From NCBI GenBank assembly GCA_038259985.1, contig JBBSOG010000001.1, positions 1 through 50,734 of the forward strand: 50,734 nucleotides of DNA, written 5' to 3'. Of this stretch, positions 39,397 to 48,756 are shown in pieces (the stretch's first letter is position 1; each line of letters begins with the position of its first letter). The position numbers were made by a program, and so were the translations under genes. This DNA comes from Cytophagales bacterium (GTDB lineage Bacteria > Bacteroidota > Bacteroidia > Cytophagales > Cyclobacteriaceae). The notes under the pieces are model-generated. The model made no database searches. It was given only the letters and a program-made list of their open reading frames with translations, and was not told where the DNA came from.

Positions 39397-39753
39397 ATGG
39401 TGGAATCTATTCAAACCCGGCGAGATGATATTATTGGGTTCCGAATTGACGGAACAACTACGGAAGCGGACATGAAGCCGATACTCATTCAATTAAGGGA
39501 AAAGCTCAAAGCCTATAGCAAGGTGAGATTATATGTGGAGTATGTGGATACGAATGGTTTTTCTATGGACACGGTGCTGGAAGACCTTAAATACCATTTT
39601 GGCCATCTGGGCTATTTTGAGAAAGCAGTGGTTATTACCATGAAAGACTGGGTGAAGCAGGCTGCCCAATTTGCCGGTTTGATCACTGGCATTAAATTAA
39701 AAAGTTTTCACTTTTCTGAAAAAGACAAAGCCAGTAGGTGGATAGAGGAGTAG
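39397..39753 (+). CDS. STAS/SEC14 (SpoIIAA-like) domain protein
   Basis: IIGFRIDG, KVRLYVE, EDLK, FEKAVVIT...W and F...EKDKASRWI. Confidence 0.85.
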   Translation: MVESIQTRRDDIIGFRIDGTTTEADMKPILIQLREKLKAYSKVRLYVEYVDTNGFSMDTVLEDLKYHFGHLGYFEKAVVITMKDWVKQAAQFAGLITGIKLKSFHFSEKDKASRWIEE

Positions 39754-39856
39754 TGCATTTTTTAAGCTAAGTTAGTTAAGTTAGGTTGCTGCCATGTTAA
39801 TGGCTACGGTCACGCATGGCAGGCATTTTTTGAGATCATTTGTTCCCCTGACTGGT

Positions 39857-39886
39857 AAAAACCCGAACCAACATTCGGGTTTTTTT
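39857..39886. terminator. Intrinsic terminator
   Basis: AAAAACCCGAA-CCAACA-TTCGGGTTTTTTT. Confidence 0.8.
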
Positions 39887-39975
39887 CTTGTTTATCTATA
39901 TCAATGTAAAGCCGCTATTATCGGTCATTTAAATACCATATAAGTATATGAACCAATTTTTGTACTTTGACAAAT

Positions 39976-40152
39976 ATGATGTCTAAAAAAGTAATTGATC
40001 AGGAAGAAAACGATATCCCGGCAGAAAATGCCAGTCCAGTATGCTATATCAATGCGGATGAGCTTCGTCCTGAATATAAGCAGGAATTGGAAAACGAAAT
40101 AAAAGCCAGGGCGAACAAAAAGATGAAGAGAGCTACAAAAAAAAGCGGATAG
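39976..40152 (+). CDS. Small hypothetical protein with an SPVCY motif
   Basis: MMSKKVIDQEENDIPAENASPVCYINADELRPEY...; directly upstream of the sulfite oxidase gene. Confidence 0.5.
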   Translation: MMSKKVIDQEENDIPAENASPVCYINADELRPEYKQELENEIKARANKKMKRATKKSG

Positions 40153-40243
40153 CACGATGTGAATCAGGTATTTTTTGTACAATAGTTTACTTGGATATAG
40201 CCTCACGCTAAAGTTTTGTTAATTTACTTTTTTTCAATCAGAT

Positions 40244-41515
40244 ATGTCAAATAGAAAACGAAATCACCCCACCATTATACAGGGCCCACTATGGGACCGA
40301 AGGTTATTTCTAAAAAGCAGTGTACTATCGGCTATGTCAGCTGCTTTGGGCACTGAAATCGTACACGCTGCCCGCCTGCCTGCATCTTATGTGCCCTTAG
40401 CTTTTACCGTACAGGATAGTCCGCTTAAAGGAAAGAGCGAGGAGATGATCGTAAGAAATGACAAACCCTGGAACATGGAAGCCCCCCCACATTTGCTAGA
40501 TGATGCTGTTACGCCATTTCCAAACATATTTGTTCGCAACAATGGCATTATGCCGGAAGATATTGATATAAATAACTGGACACTCACTTTCGGAGGAGAA
40601 TCGGCAAAAGCAGAAAAAACCTACCGGCTGGATGAACTCAAAAATCGTTTTAAGGCACATACGTATCAGTTGGTATTGGAATGCGGAGGCAACGGACGTG
40701 CTGGTTTTTATCCTCCTGCATCCGGTAACCAGTGGGAAGAAGGGGCAATATATAATGCCGAATGGACCGGCGCCCGTCTCAAAGACATTCTGGAAGACGT
40801 AGGAATCAAGGGGGATGCGGTTTACATTGGCTATTATGGAAAAGACAAACACCTCAGCGGCGATTCCACCAAAGTGCCGATCTCGCGCGGGGTGCCAATG
40901 TCCAAGGCATTGCAAGACGAGACTTTGATTGCCTGGGCTATGAACGGAAAAGATATTCCCCTTGAGCATGGTTATCCACTTCGCCTGGTGTGTGGCGGAT
41001 GGCCAGCTTCTGCCTCCGGCAAATGGTTGCACAAAATCGTGGTGCGCAATCAGGTACATGATGGCCCAAAAATGATGGGCGACTCCTACAGAGTGCCCAA
41101 ACATCCGGTGCCACCTGGTGCTGAGGTACCTGAAGAAGATATGATGATTATAGAATCAATGCCGGTGAAATCAATAATCACTTATCCTAAAACGGGGGCA
41201 ATGTTTGATTTGTCAAAAAAACTGAGCGTACGCGGCCATGCCTGGGCTGGGGAAAATGAAGTTTCCAACATGGAAATCTCTACTGACTATGGGGCCACCT
41301 GGACAAACTGTGCTTTAAAGAAACCTGCCAACCGACTGGCATGGCAACAATGGAATGCCGAAGTGGGTTTTCCATTGGCGGGTTATTATGAAATATGGGC
41401 CAAAGCGACAGACGAACAGGGCGTAGCCCAACCTATGGTAATGCCCGGCTGGAACCCCAAAGGATACCTGAACAATGCCTGCCATAGAATTGCTGTCAAA
41501 GTAGATCAGGATTAA
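40244..41515 (+). CDS. Sulfite oxidase family molybdoenzyme (SorA/SoxC-like), Tat-exported
   Basis: DRRLFLK Tat motif, FVRNNG, LECGGNGR (Mo-ligand Cys), HGYPLRLV, SGKWL and WNPKGY. Confidence 0.92.
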   Translation: MSNRKRNHPTIIQGPLWDRRLFLKSSVLSAMSAALGTEIVHAARLPASYVPLAFTVQDSPLKGKSEEMIVRNDKPWNMEAPPHLLDDAVTPFPNIFVRNNGIMPEDIDINNWTLTFGGESAKAEKTYRLDELKNRFKAHTYQLVLECGGNGRAGFYPPASGNQWEEGAIYNAEWTGARLKDILEDVGIKGDAVYIGYYGKDKHLSGDSTKVPISRGVPMSKALQDETLIAWAMNGKDIPLEHGYPLRLVCGGWPASASGKWLHKIVVRNQVHDGPKMMGDSYRVPKHPVPPGAEVPEEDMMIIESMPVKSIITYPKTGAMFDLSKKLSVRGHAWAGENEVSNMEISTDYGATWTNCALKKPANRLAWQQWNAEVGFPLAGYYEIWAKATDEQGVAQPMVMPGWNPKGYLNNACHRIAVKVDQD

Positions 41516-41572
41516 GCGGATTTTTCAGGATAAGCAGGATGCTTGTCATGATAGAAATGATAATGAAATAAA

Positions 41573-42073
41573 ATGAAACCAGCTTCGGAAGATTTGTTAA
41601 AAGGATTACTCAAGGTTACTAAAGCGGTAGTTGGCATAGTGGTTTTATTGTTCGTCGGCACTGTGGTAGTCATTTATTTTTTGGTAGCTAACCCTACCGC
41701 CCCAGTAGCGGAGGTCTCTGTTGCTGACACGGAGGTCACGGCCGAAGTGGCCCCAGCGCCTACGGTAGCCAGCACTCTTGACATTGTAGATGGCAAAGAC
41801 GTACAAACCGGCCTGCTGGCAGGTGAAGGATTACAGCTGGTCAAGGGTACCTGTACCGCCTGTCATTCCAGTGCGCTGATACTGCAAAATCGTTTTACCC
41901 GCGAAGGATGGCATGAGAAAATCGTATGGATGCAGGAGACCCAAGGATTATGGGACCTGGGAAAGAATGAAGACGCTATTTTAGATTATCTGGCCATGCA
42001 CTATGCCCCCGAAGAATTTATAGGAAGGCGTCAGCCGCTGACGGATATTGAATGGTATGAGCTGGGGGATTAG
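41573..42073 (+). CDS. Membrane-anchored monoheme cytochrome c (SorB-like electron acceptor)
   Basis: N-terminal TM, CTACHS, WMQETQGLW and ILDYLA. Confidence 0.88.
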   Translation: MKPASEDLLKGLLKVTKAVVGIVVLLFVGTVVVIYFLVANPTAPVAEVSVADTEVTAEVAPAPTVASTLDIVDGKDVQTGLLAGEGLQLVKGTCTACHSSALILQNRFTREGWHEKIVWMQETQGLWDLGKNEDAILDYLAMHYAPEEFIGRRQPLTDIEWYELGD

Positions 42074-42086
42074 TTTATAAGCTTGA

Positions 42087-42241
42087 AATGTTCAATGCAG
42101 CAGCGCTGCCCCCGCCGTCAGGCCGTACTTGTTAGTGGTCTTACTTTCGTGTATCAATTCTCTGTCTTTGCGCGTTAGATAACCAATAGCGATTTAAACT
42201 GAATGGTGGCAGGGGCAGCCCCGCTGCACGATGTTGTGTAG
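42087..42241 (-). repeat. attC-like site D downstream of the solo lipoprotein cassette
   Basis: Minus strand: CTACACAAC-ATCG-TGCAGCGGGGCTGCCCCTGCCACCA...TGACGGCGGGGGCAGCGCTGCTGCA-TTGAACATT. A 25-bp imperfect inverted repeat whose ends resemble site B. Confidence 0.6.
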
Positions 42242-42245
42242 CGTT

Positions 42246-42725
42246 TCAATCTTTAAAAGTTGTATACATTATCTCACCGTTCTCATCTATCAGTATTAGC
42301 GTATCTTCGACAGCTTTTGTCACAATTGATAGACTCCTCCAATCACCAAAATCAATTATTAGAGTATCTCCTTTTAGTTCGTATTCATATCTACTAAAGT
42401 GCTCAACATTGAGAATAGAATCTTCGTAGATAGCCAAGGTAGCATTAGGCCCATCGTCGTAATCTGCTTTCCAAATTCCTATAACATCTTCTTTCGTTAT
42501 TTCAACCAGCTTCAGTCCTTTTGGTCGAAAATCTTTTGTTCCTATACTTTTCTCTTTTATCAGATCAGTGTATTCTTTTTGTATAGTCAGATCTTTACTA
42601 TTCTTACCATAATCAGGATCTTCAATTGCTTTTTGGACGCTAGGACTCAAATAATTGTTTTCCTTCTTGCTTGTACAATTAAAAAGCAATGCGATTGAAG
42701 ATATTATAACTATAACTCGTCTCAT
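42246..42725 (-). CDS. Hypothetical lipoprotein (cassette-like, AT-rich)
   Basis: Likely start MRRVIVIISSIALLFNC at 42725 (lipobox); lipocalin-like 'VIGIWK' and 'YELKGDTLII'. Confidence 0.75.
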   Translation of the reverse strand: MRRVIVIISSIALLFNCTSKKENNYLSPSVQKAIEDPDYGKNSKDLTIQKEYTDLIKEKSIGTKDFRPKGLKLVEITKEDVIGIWKADYDDGPNATLAIYEDSILNVEHFSRYEYELKGDTLIIDFGDWRSLSIVTKAVEDTLILIDENGEIMYTTFKD

Positions 42726-42813
42726 TTTACTGTACCACCAACAAGTAATACATGCTAGTTTTCTCATAAGATAGAACAGCCATTTAGTTATGTCTTAAGT
42801 TAACACTTTTACA

Positions 42814-43413
42814 TTATTCCTGAGGGGGAGTGCTGATCATGATGTGGGCACGATGGGTCCCGGGGTCCATGATCCACGGGCCTCCGGGCACAACGGGGCT
42901 TTCCGGCAGCCCGGTAGATTCAGCGGTTGCGAATGGTATGTACACCACGTATCGGTAGTTAGCCTGTTCTACTGCTCCTTTTTCTGAGTTGTACTTGCCT
43001 TCCTGTCCGGAAAGTATGTGCAGGGTAGTAGGAGTCTCGGGCATGGTTAATTTTCCTGATTTGGCTTCTTCTTCGCGAATATCAAATATTTCCTGGGGAG
43101 ACTTGCTTTCTGATTTGAGCGCGCGGCCCCTGGCCATGAAAGGCTCTAAATCCTTGTGATAGCAAGCAGCATTGAAGCCTGGCTTAGCAGGATCATCTCC
43201 CAGACAAACCATATTGTTGGTACCTTCTTTCAAAGTGACCACCTTTCCGTCAGCATTGTACCCTAGCACAGTGGCTTCAGCACGTTTGTCTTCCGGGGCA
43301 GCCAGCACTGCTGATTTAATCTGATCTTCTTTGTTGGGGATTTCTTGTGCTTGGCTTGTGCAAGATAACATCGCAGCAAAAGTCAGGAAGCAGAGTATCA
43401 TGGATAGGCGCAT
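42814..43413 (-). CDS. Conserved hypothetical exported protein/lipoprotein
   Basis: MLSC lipobox; AVLAAP, GTNNMVCL and GPWIMDPGTHRAHIMI motifs. Confidence 0.75.
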   Translation of the reverse strand: MRLSMILCFLTFAAMLSCTSQAQEIPNKEDQIKSAVLAAPEDKRAEATVLGYNADGKVVTLKEGTNNMVCLGDDPAKPGFNAACYHKDLEPFMARGRALKSESKSPQEIFDIREEEAKSGKLTMPETPTTLHILSGQEGKYNSEKGAVEQANYRYVVYIPFATAESTGLPESPVVPGGPWIMDPGTHRAHIMISTPPQE

Positions 43414-43633
43414 AGTATATATTGGTTTGGCAAGTAATCAATAGTCAATTTAAGGACTGCTATTAAGATCGCTACTTTTTTCTCAATAGTTAATACCGCT
43501 CACTGTTTATTTTGGGATGGGGTTATAAATTTTCAACCTTCTGCATTGGTTTTCCAAAAGGTAAAAGCTATTTCAACAAAGTCGTGTGAATGAACAATGT
43601 CCAGATACCTAAACGCTACATCTCAAAATTCGG

Positions 43634-44398
43634 CTACACTTTTATCTGCTGGTTGTAGCGGGTAGTGAGTTCGGCGACTTCTACCAAAAGCTCCGGGTTT
43701 TTCTCTATGCCATTACCAATCACGATGACATCCGCACCGGCTTCGTAGACCCGGGCAGCTTTGTGGGCATTGTTGATTCCACCGCCTACAATAAGCGGTA
43801 TATTTACTGATTTTCTGACCATGCTAATCATCTTGCTGCTTATGGGTTGGTCGGCGCCGCTTCCGGCATCCATGTAGATGAGTTTTAGCCCCAGCATCTC
43901 ACCTGCCACGGCAGTGCAGGCTGCTACCGAAGGCTTGTCGCCGGGGATGGGCATGGTGTTACTCATGTATGAAACAGTGGTGGCGTTACCTGAACTGACC
44001 AGCATATAGCCGGTAGACAGCACTTCCAGGTTACTACGTTTGAGAACTGGTGCCGCTACCACATGCTGGCCAATTAGGAGGTCAGGGTTTCTGCCGGAAA
44101 TCAGGGAAAGAAAGAGGATGGCATCAGCTTCCGGCTCAATGTGCATGCTGCTGCCCGGGAAGATAATGACGGGTATGTCCGTATTTTCTTTGATCAACCT
44201 GATGACCAACCCAAAATTATTGCCGTTAATCAGGCTGCCCCCCACCAGGAAATAATCTACCTGATGAGTGGCCGCCATATTGATAACACGCATACAAGCT
44301 GCCTGCCCTTCCATATTGTCAGGGTCAATCAGTACGGCAAAGCTTTTCTTTCCTTCTGCCTGACTTTCTACAAATCCGCTATGAAGATCAGTCTTCAT
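43634..44398 (-). CDS. Geranylgeranylglyceryl/heptaprenylglyceryl phosphate synthase (group II PcrB-like)
   Basis: AVLIDPD, LVGGS, LSLISGRNPDLLIG, YMDAGSGA and VGGGI; likely start MKTDLH at 44398. Confidence 0.92.
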   Translation of the reverse strand: MKTDLHSGFVESQAEGKKSFAVLIDPDNMEGQAACMRVINMAATHQVDYFLVGGSLINGNNFGLVIRLIKENTDIPVIIFPGSSMHIEPEADAILFLSLISGRNPDLLIGQHVVAAPVLKRSNLEVLSTGYMLVSSGNATTVSYMSNTMPIPGDKPSVAACTAVAGEMLGLKLIYMDAGSGADQPISSKMISMVRKSVNIPLIVGGGINNAHKAARVYEAGADVIVIGNGIEKNPELLVEVAELTTRYNQQIKV

Positions 44399-44759
44399 CC
44401 ATATCAATGATGTTATTATCATGCAGGAACCGCATGATCCTTTTGCGGAACACCGCGATCAGGATGATGACCATTTGCTCCTTCAGCAAGCGGGACACGG
44501 AAGACTCGCGCTTCATTTTGACTTTGGGACTGCGTCCCTTTCTCTCCTCTACTTCTACACTGCTGCCGTGGGTCATACTTTTGATTAACCTAAAGATCAC
44601 AAAAGCAGATACCCCTGCTACCAGAAGTTTCACGCCCCATTCTTTGATAGACTGTATATCATCTTCATCCAGGTCAAGTGATTCCTGTAGGTCGGCAATG
44701 ACTTCAAATAGTTTATCTTTTTGATCTTCCAGTTCGTCCATTTCGTTGTGCTTAGCCAT
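44388..44759 (-). CDS. Hypothetical protein with one TM segment
   Basis: 123-aa ORF with an acidic coiled N-terminus; its stop overlaps the GGGP synthase start. Confidence 0.7.
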   Translation of the reverse strand: MAKHNEMDELEDQKDKLFEVIADLQESLDLDEDDIQSIKEWGVKLLVAGVSAFVIFRLIKSMTHGSSVEVEERKGRSPKVKMKRESSVSRLLKEQMVIILIAVFRKRIMRFLHDNNIIDMDED

Positions 44760-44892
44760 AATTGTGTAAATAAAAAATTAAGTGAATTACTTATCGTGTG
44801 AAAAATTTCTAAGGAAGCAATTTATAGATGTTCCCCGATATAAACAATTTTTGTAGCTGCTTCCGGGATGGATTCTTAAATTTTATGTCCTA

Positions 44893-46059
44893 TTAAGATA
44901 GCCTGTTCAGGTAGATCAGTAGGAAAGGGATCAGGAAGAACATCAGAACGATGTACAAAAATCCTATCAACCTGTTGCGCTGGGTGAGTTTACCAAAATA
45001 AGCGGCCAGTAAGCCCGGTATACGGCGGATAGGTTTATAAGGCAGGAAAACCAGTATTCCAAAAGAGTTAAACAGAAAATGCACTAAAGCAATACTAATG
45101 GCTGCCTCCGATTTGAAAAGTGCAGCAATTAAAGCAGTCACCGTTGTTCCAATATTAGCCCCGATGATGAAGGGAAAAGATTTTTGCAAAGACACTTTTC
45201 CGGTTGCCACCAGGGGCACCATCAAAGAAGTGGTGATAGAACTAGATTGTACCGCTGCAGTAAGGATACCTCCCCAGGCAAATGATTTGTAGGGGCTATT
45301 AAAAATGTAATCCTGCATGTGATCTTTGTACCTACCAATCAAAGAGCTATAAATGATCTGTGACATAATTTTGATAGCCACAAACAACAGCACAAACGAA
45401 ATTAAAACCAGTAACCAACTACTGTCTACCACTTCCGTCAGGTAAGCTCCCGGGCTCCAATTGTTTGACTCTGCCACATAGCCTGCTTGTGGGTCATTAG
45501 AGAGAGCCCCCATCCAAGAAGCAATGTGCTGACTAATCCGCGACAAAAACTGATAATAATATTCCAACGGAAAAAGAAAAATTGTCAGGATAATATTGTA
45601 AATGTCATGGATAGAACCAGCGCTGATTGCCTTCCTGAATTCCCGCTTACTGGTGATATACCCCAGTGATACAATGGTACTGGTGAGGGTAGTACCAATA
45701 TTGGCGCCCATCACGATGGGTACGGCTGAAGACAGACTTAAGACCCCAGAACCTACCAGGGCTACAATCATGGCGGTGCTGGTGGAACTGCTCTGGATAA
45801 TAGCAGTAAGTAAAAGTCCGATAAACAATCCGATAAAAGGATTGGAGGTAACCGAAAGTATCGTATCGGCTGCAGTCTGGCGCAGCGAAAGAAAGGAGTT
45901 ACCCATGATATCTAATGAGAGGAGAAATAGTAGAATGGCCATCAGTAGAATGGATATTTTCCCTACAATGGCTAATGTCTCCCTCTTCCTATGTTGTTCA
46001 ATAACTTTCACTCCTGTTCCTATCAATTTGAGCCGATAAAATCTTATTACCCACTTCAT
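44893..46059 (-). CDS. Na+/Pi cotransporter family protein
   Basis: Two QSSS...GANIGTT repeats; exact start uncertain. Confidence 0.92.
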   Translation of the reverse strand: MKWVIRFYRLKLIGTGVKVIEQHRKRETLAIVGKISILLMAILLFLLSLDIMGNSFLSLRQTAADTILSVTSNPFIGLFIGLLLTAIIQSSSTSTAMIVALVGSGVLSLSSAVPIVMGANIGTTLTSTIVSLGYITSKREFRKAISAGSIHDIYNIILTIFLFPLEYYYQFLSRISQHIASWMGALSNDPQAGYVAESNNWSPGAYLTEVVDSSWLLVLISFVLLFVAIKIMSQIIYSSLIGRYKDHMQDYIFNSPYKSFAWGGILTAAVQSSSITTSLMVPLVATGKVSLQKSFPFIIGANIGTTVTALIAALFKSEAAISIALVHFLFNSFGILVFLPYKPIRRIPGLLAAYFGKLTQRNRLIGFLYIVLMFFLIPFLLIYLNRLS

Positions 46060-46136
46060 CAGAAGTCGGATAAATAAATAATACTCAGCGCTTTATGTCT
46101 GCATTGCAAAATTAGGCATAAGTCATAAATAAAACT

Positions 46137-46144
46137 TAGCTTTG
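46137..46144 (+). promoter_or_regulatory. -7 promoter box for truA, with a divergent TAATTTTG on the minus strand at about 46107-46114
   Basis: TAGCTTTG about 31 bp upstream of the GTG start. Confidence 0.55.
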
Positions 46145-46175
46145 TTGTGAAACAATTGTTAATTTTTTAATAAAT

Positions 46176-46934
46176 GTGCGCTACTTTTTAAAAATCAGTT
46201 ATCGGGGAACCCGCTATCATGGCTGGCAAATACAAAGCAATGCCGTTAGCATACAAGCCATACTCAACAAAGCACTTAGCCAGGTTCTCCGGGAAGAGAT
46301 CAGTGCAAGTGGAAGTGGCCGGACCGACACCGGCGTACATGCCATACAGCAATATGCGCATTTTGATGCTACTCAGCCTTTGGATATTCAACATCATCTG
46401 CACAAGTTCAATGCTCTACTCCCTCACGATATTGTTATAAATGATATTATTCCGGTAAAAAATCATGCCCATAGCCGGTTTGACGCCTGCCTTCGTCGGT
46501 ACGAATATCATATCCATCAGCACAAAGATCCATTTTTGCATGAATTTAGTTATCACTTTCGCCCTGAACTGGATATTGATCGCATGAACGCGGCTGCGCT
46601 CCAATTAGCTTCCGGCCAGGAGAGGGATTATGCATGTTTTAGCAAATCCAGAAGCAGTCAGAATCATTTTCTGTGCCGTATAGAGCATGCAGTCTGGCAA
46701 AAACCTGATGACCTTCGTAGCGTTTTTTATATTTCGGCCAACCGTTTTCTCAGAAATATGGTGAGGGCTATCGTAGGTACCATGCTTGACATTGGGATGC
46801 ACAAAATTTCCCCGGATGATTTTGAGGGCATTTTACAGAGCAAAGATCGCAGGCATGCCGGACGGTCTGTGCCCGCCGAGGGATTATACCTTAGCCAAGT
46901 AGATTATCCCGATGAAATTTTTCTCAAGGCCTAA
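46176..46934 (+). CDS. truA: tRNA pseudouridine(38-40) synthase TruA
   Basis: YRGTRYHGWQ, GSGRTDTGVHA, FLRNMVRAIVG and PAEGLYL. Confidence 0.96.
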   Translation: MRYFLKISYRGTRYHGWQIQSNAVSIQAILNKALSQVLREEISASGSGRTDTGVHAIQQYAHFDATQPLDIQHHLHKFNALLPHDIVINDIIPVKNHAHSRFDACLRRYEYHIHQHKDPFLHEFSYHFRPELDIDRMNAAALQLASGQERDYACFSKSRSSQNHFLCRIEHAVWQKPDDLRSVFYISANRFLRNMVRAIVGTMLDIGMHKISPDDFEGILQSKDRRHAGRSVPAEGLYLSQVDYPDEIFLKA

Positions 46935-46975
46935 ATAAAGTATAACTTCCTATTTCCTTTTGAGTAATAGTAATT

Positions 46976-48739
46976 ATGGATAAAGAAAAAACCGGTAGTG
47001 GGGATATCGTTGACATGGATGTTCTACGCAGGATATATCAATTTGTTAAACCCTATAAGCGTCATTTTTACGCATTAATCGTTCTCACCATATTAGTGGC
47101 TTTTCTGGCTCCTGCTCTGCCTTTTCTGGTACAAATGGCGATTGACGATTACATCATGGTCAATGATTATCAGGGGCTGATCTATATAAGCCTGGCTTTA
47201 GTAGGCTTATTGGTAGTTCAAGGCATTGTCCAGTATCTACATACCTATCTTTCTGGCTGGCTTGGACAGTATGTCATCCGCGATATCCGGGTCAAGCTAT
47301 ACCGTCATTTGTTAAAGCTTAGGCTAAAATATTTTGACGATACGCCCATTGGCCGCCTGGTAACCCGCAACGTTTCGGATATAGAAACTTTGTCCGATAT
47401 CTTTAGCCAGGGAGTAGCCGCCATTATTGGCGATATGTTACAAATTTTGGTGATTCTCGGCGTCATGCTTTACATAGACTGGAAACTGACGCTAGTCAGC
47501 TTGTCTACACTTCCTTTGCTTATCTTGAGCACCTATGTTTTTAAGGAAAAAATTAAAGTGGCGTTCAACGAAGTACGTAATGCTGTGTCAAACCTCAACT
47601 CATTTGTACAGGAGCACATCACCGGGATGAGTATTGTACAAATTTTCAGTAGTGAGAAGCTGGAATATGAGCGTTTCAAAGAAATCAATGAGGAACATAA
47701 GCATGCCCATCTCAAGTCGGTTATGTACTACTCTATTTACTTTCCGGTGGCTGAGGTAATCCAGGCTACCGGTATCGGCCTCCTGGTCTGGTATGGGGCA
47801 CGGGGCGTTTTGTTTGATGATATCACCATTGGTATCCTGGTATCTTTTATCATGTATATCAATATGTTTTTCCGTCCGATACGACAGATTGCTGACCGCT
47901 TCAATACGCTACAACTAGGTATTGTGAGTTCTTCGCGAATTTTAAAAATCCTTGACAGTAATGAGCATATTCCCAACAATGGCAGTCATGCGCCTGAAAA
48001 TATTGAGGGGCATGTCATCTTTCGTAATGTTTGGTTTGCCTACAATGAGCGTGACTATGTGCTCAAAGACATTAATTTTGAGGTGAAGCCCGGCGAAACC
48101 TTTGCTCTCGTAGGGGCCACCGGCGCGGGAAAATCGTCCATCATCAATCTGCTGACCCGTTTTTACGATATCAAGCGGGGGGAAATATTGGTGGATGGCG
48201 AAGACATAAAAACTTACGACCTTGACCTGTTGCGTCATCATATTGGGGTGGTGATGCAGGATGTATTTCTGTTTTCTGATACCATTGAACAAAACATCAC
48301 ACTGGGAAATCCCGATATCAGTCACGAAAAAGTGATGGAAGCTGCTGAATTAGTGGGTGCCAGGAAATTTATTGAGCGACTTCCCGGAGGATTTGACTAC
48401 AATGTCATGGAAAGGGGCGCTACTTTATCCGTTGGGCAGCGACAATTGATTTCTTTCGTTCGGGCGATGGTTTACGATCCTAAGATCATAGTCTTGGACG
48501 AAGCCACTTCTTCCGTGGATACCGAAACCGAGGAGTTGATTCAGGAAGCTATCGCCAAACTAATGAAAGGAAGAACGTCTATTGTGATTGCCCATCGCCT
48601 TTCTACCATCCAAAGTGCCAGCCAAATCATTGTCCTAGATCACGGGGAGATCAAGGAGAGGGGCACGCATCATGAGCTTATTGAGTTAGATGGATTCTAC
48701 GCTCAATTGCACCGTATGCAATATAAGGAAATCGTGTAG
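46976..48739 (+). CDS. ABC exporter, fused permease/ATPase (MsbA/MdlB-like)
   Basis: TM domain, then GATGAGKS, LSVGQRQL, LDEATSSVD and IAHRLSTI. Confidence 0.95.
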   Translation: MDKEKTGSGDIVDMDVLRRIYQFVKPYKRHFYALIVLTILVAFLAPALPFLVQMAIDDYIMVNDYQGLIYISLALVGLLVVQGIVQYLHTYLSGWLGQYVIRDIRVKLYRHLLKLRLKYFDDTPIGRLVTRNVSDIETLSDIFSQGVAAIIGDMLQILVILGVMLYIDWKLTLVSLSTLPLLILSTYVFKEKIKVAFNEVRNAVSNLNSFVQEHITGMSIVQIFSSEKLEYERFKEINEEHKHAHLKSVMYYSIYFPVAEVIQATGIGLLVWYGARGVLFDDITIGILVSFIMYINMFFRPIRQIADRFNTLQLGIVSSSRILKILDSNEHIPNNGSHAPENIEGHVIFRNVWFAYNERDYVLKDINFEVKPGETFALVGATGAGKSSIINLLTRFYDIKRGEILVDGEDIKTYDLDLLRHHIGVVMQDVFLFSDTIEQNITLGNPDISHEKVMEAAELVGARKFIERLPGGFDYNVMERGATLSVGQRQLISFVRAMVYDPKIIVLDEATSSVDTETEELIQEAIAKLMKGRTSIVIAHRLSTIQSASQIIVLDHGEIKERGTHHELIELDGFYAQLHRMQYKEIV

Positions 48740-48756
48740 CTTAAATACGACTCTTT

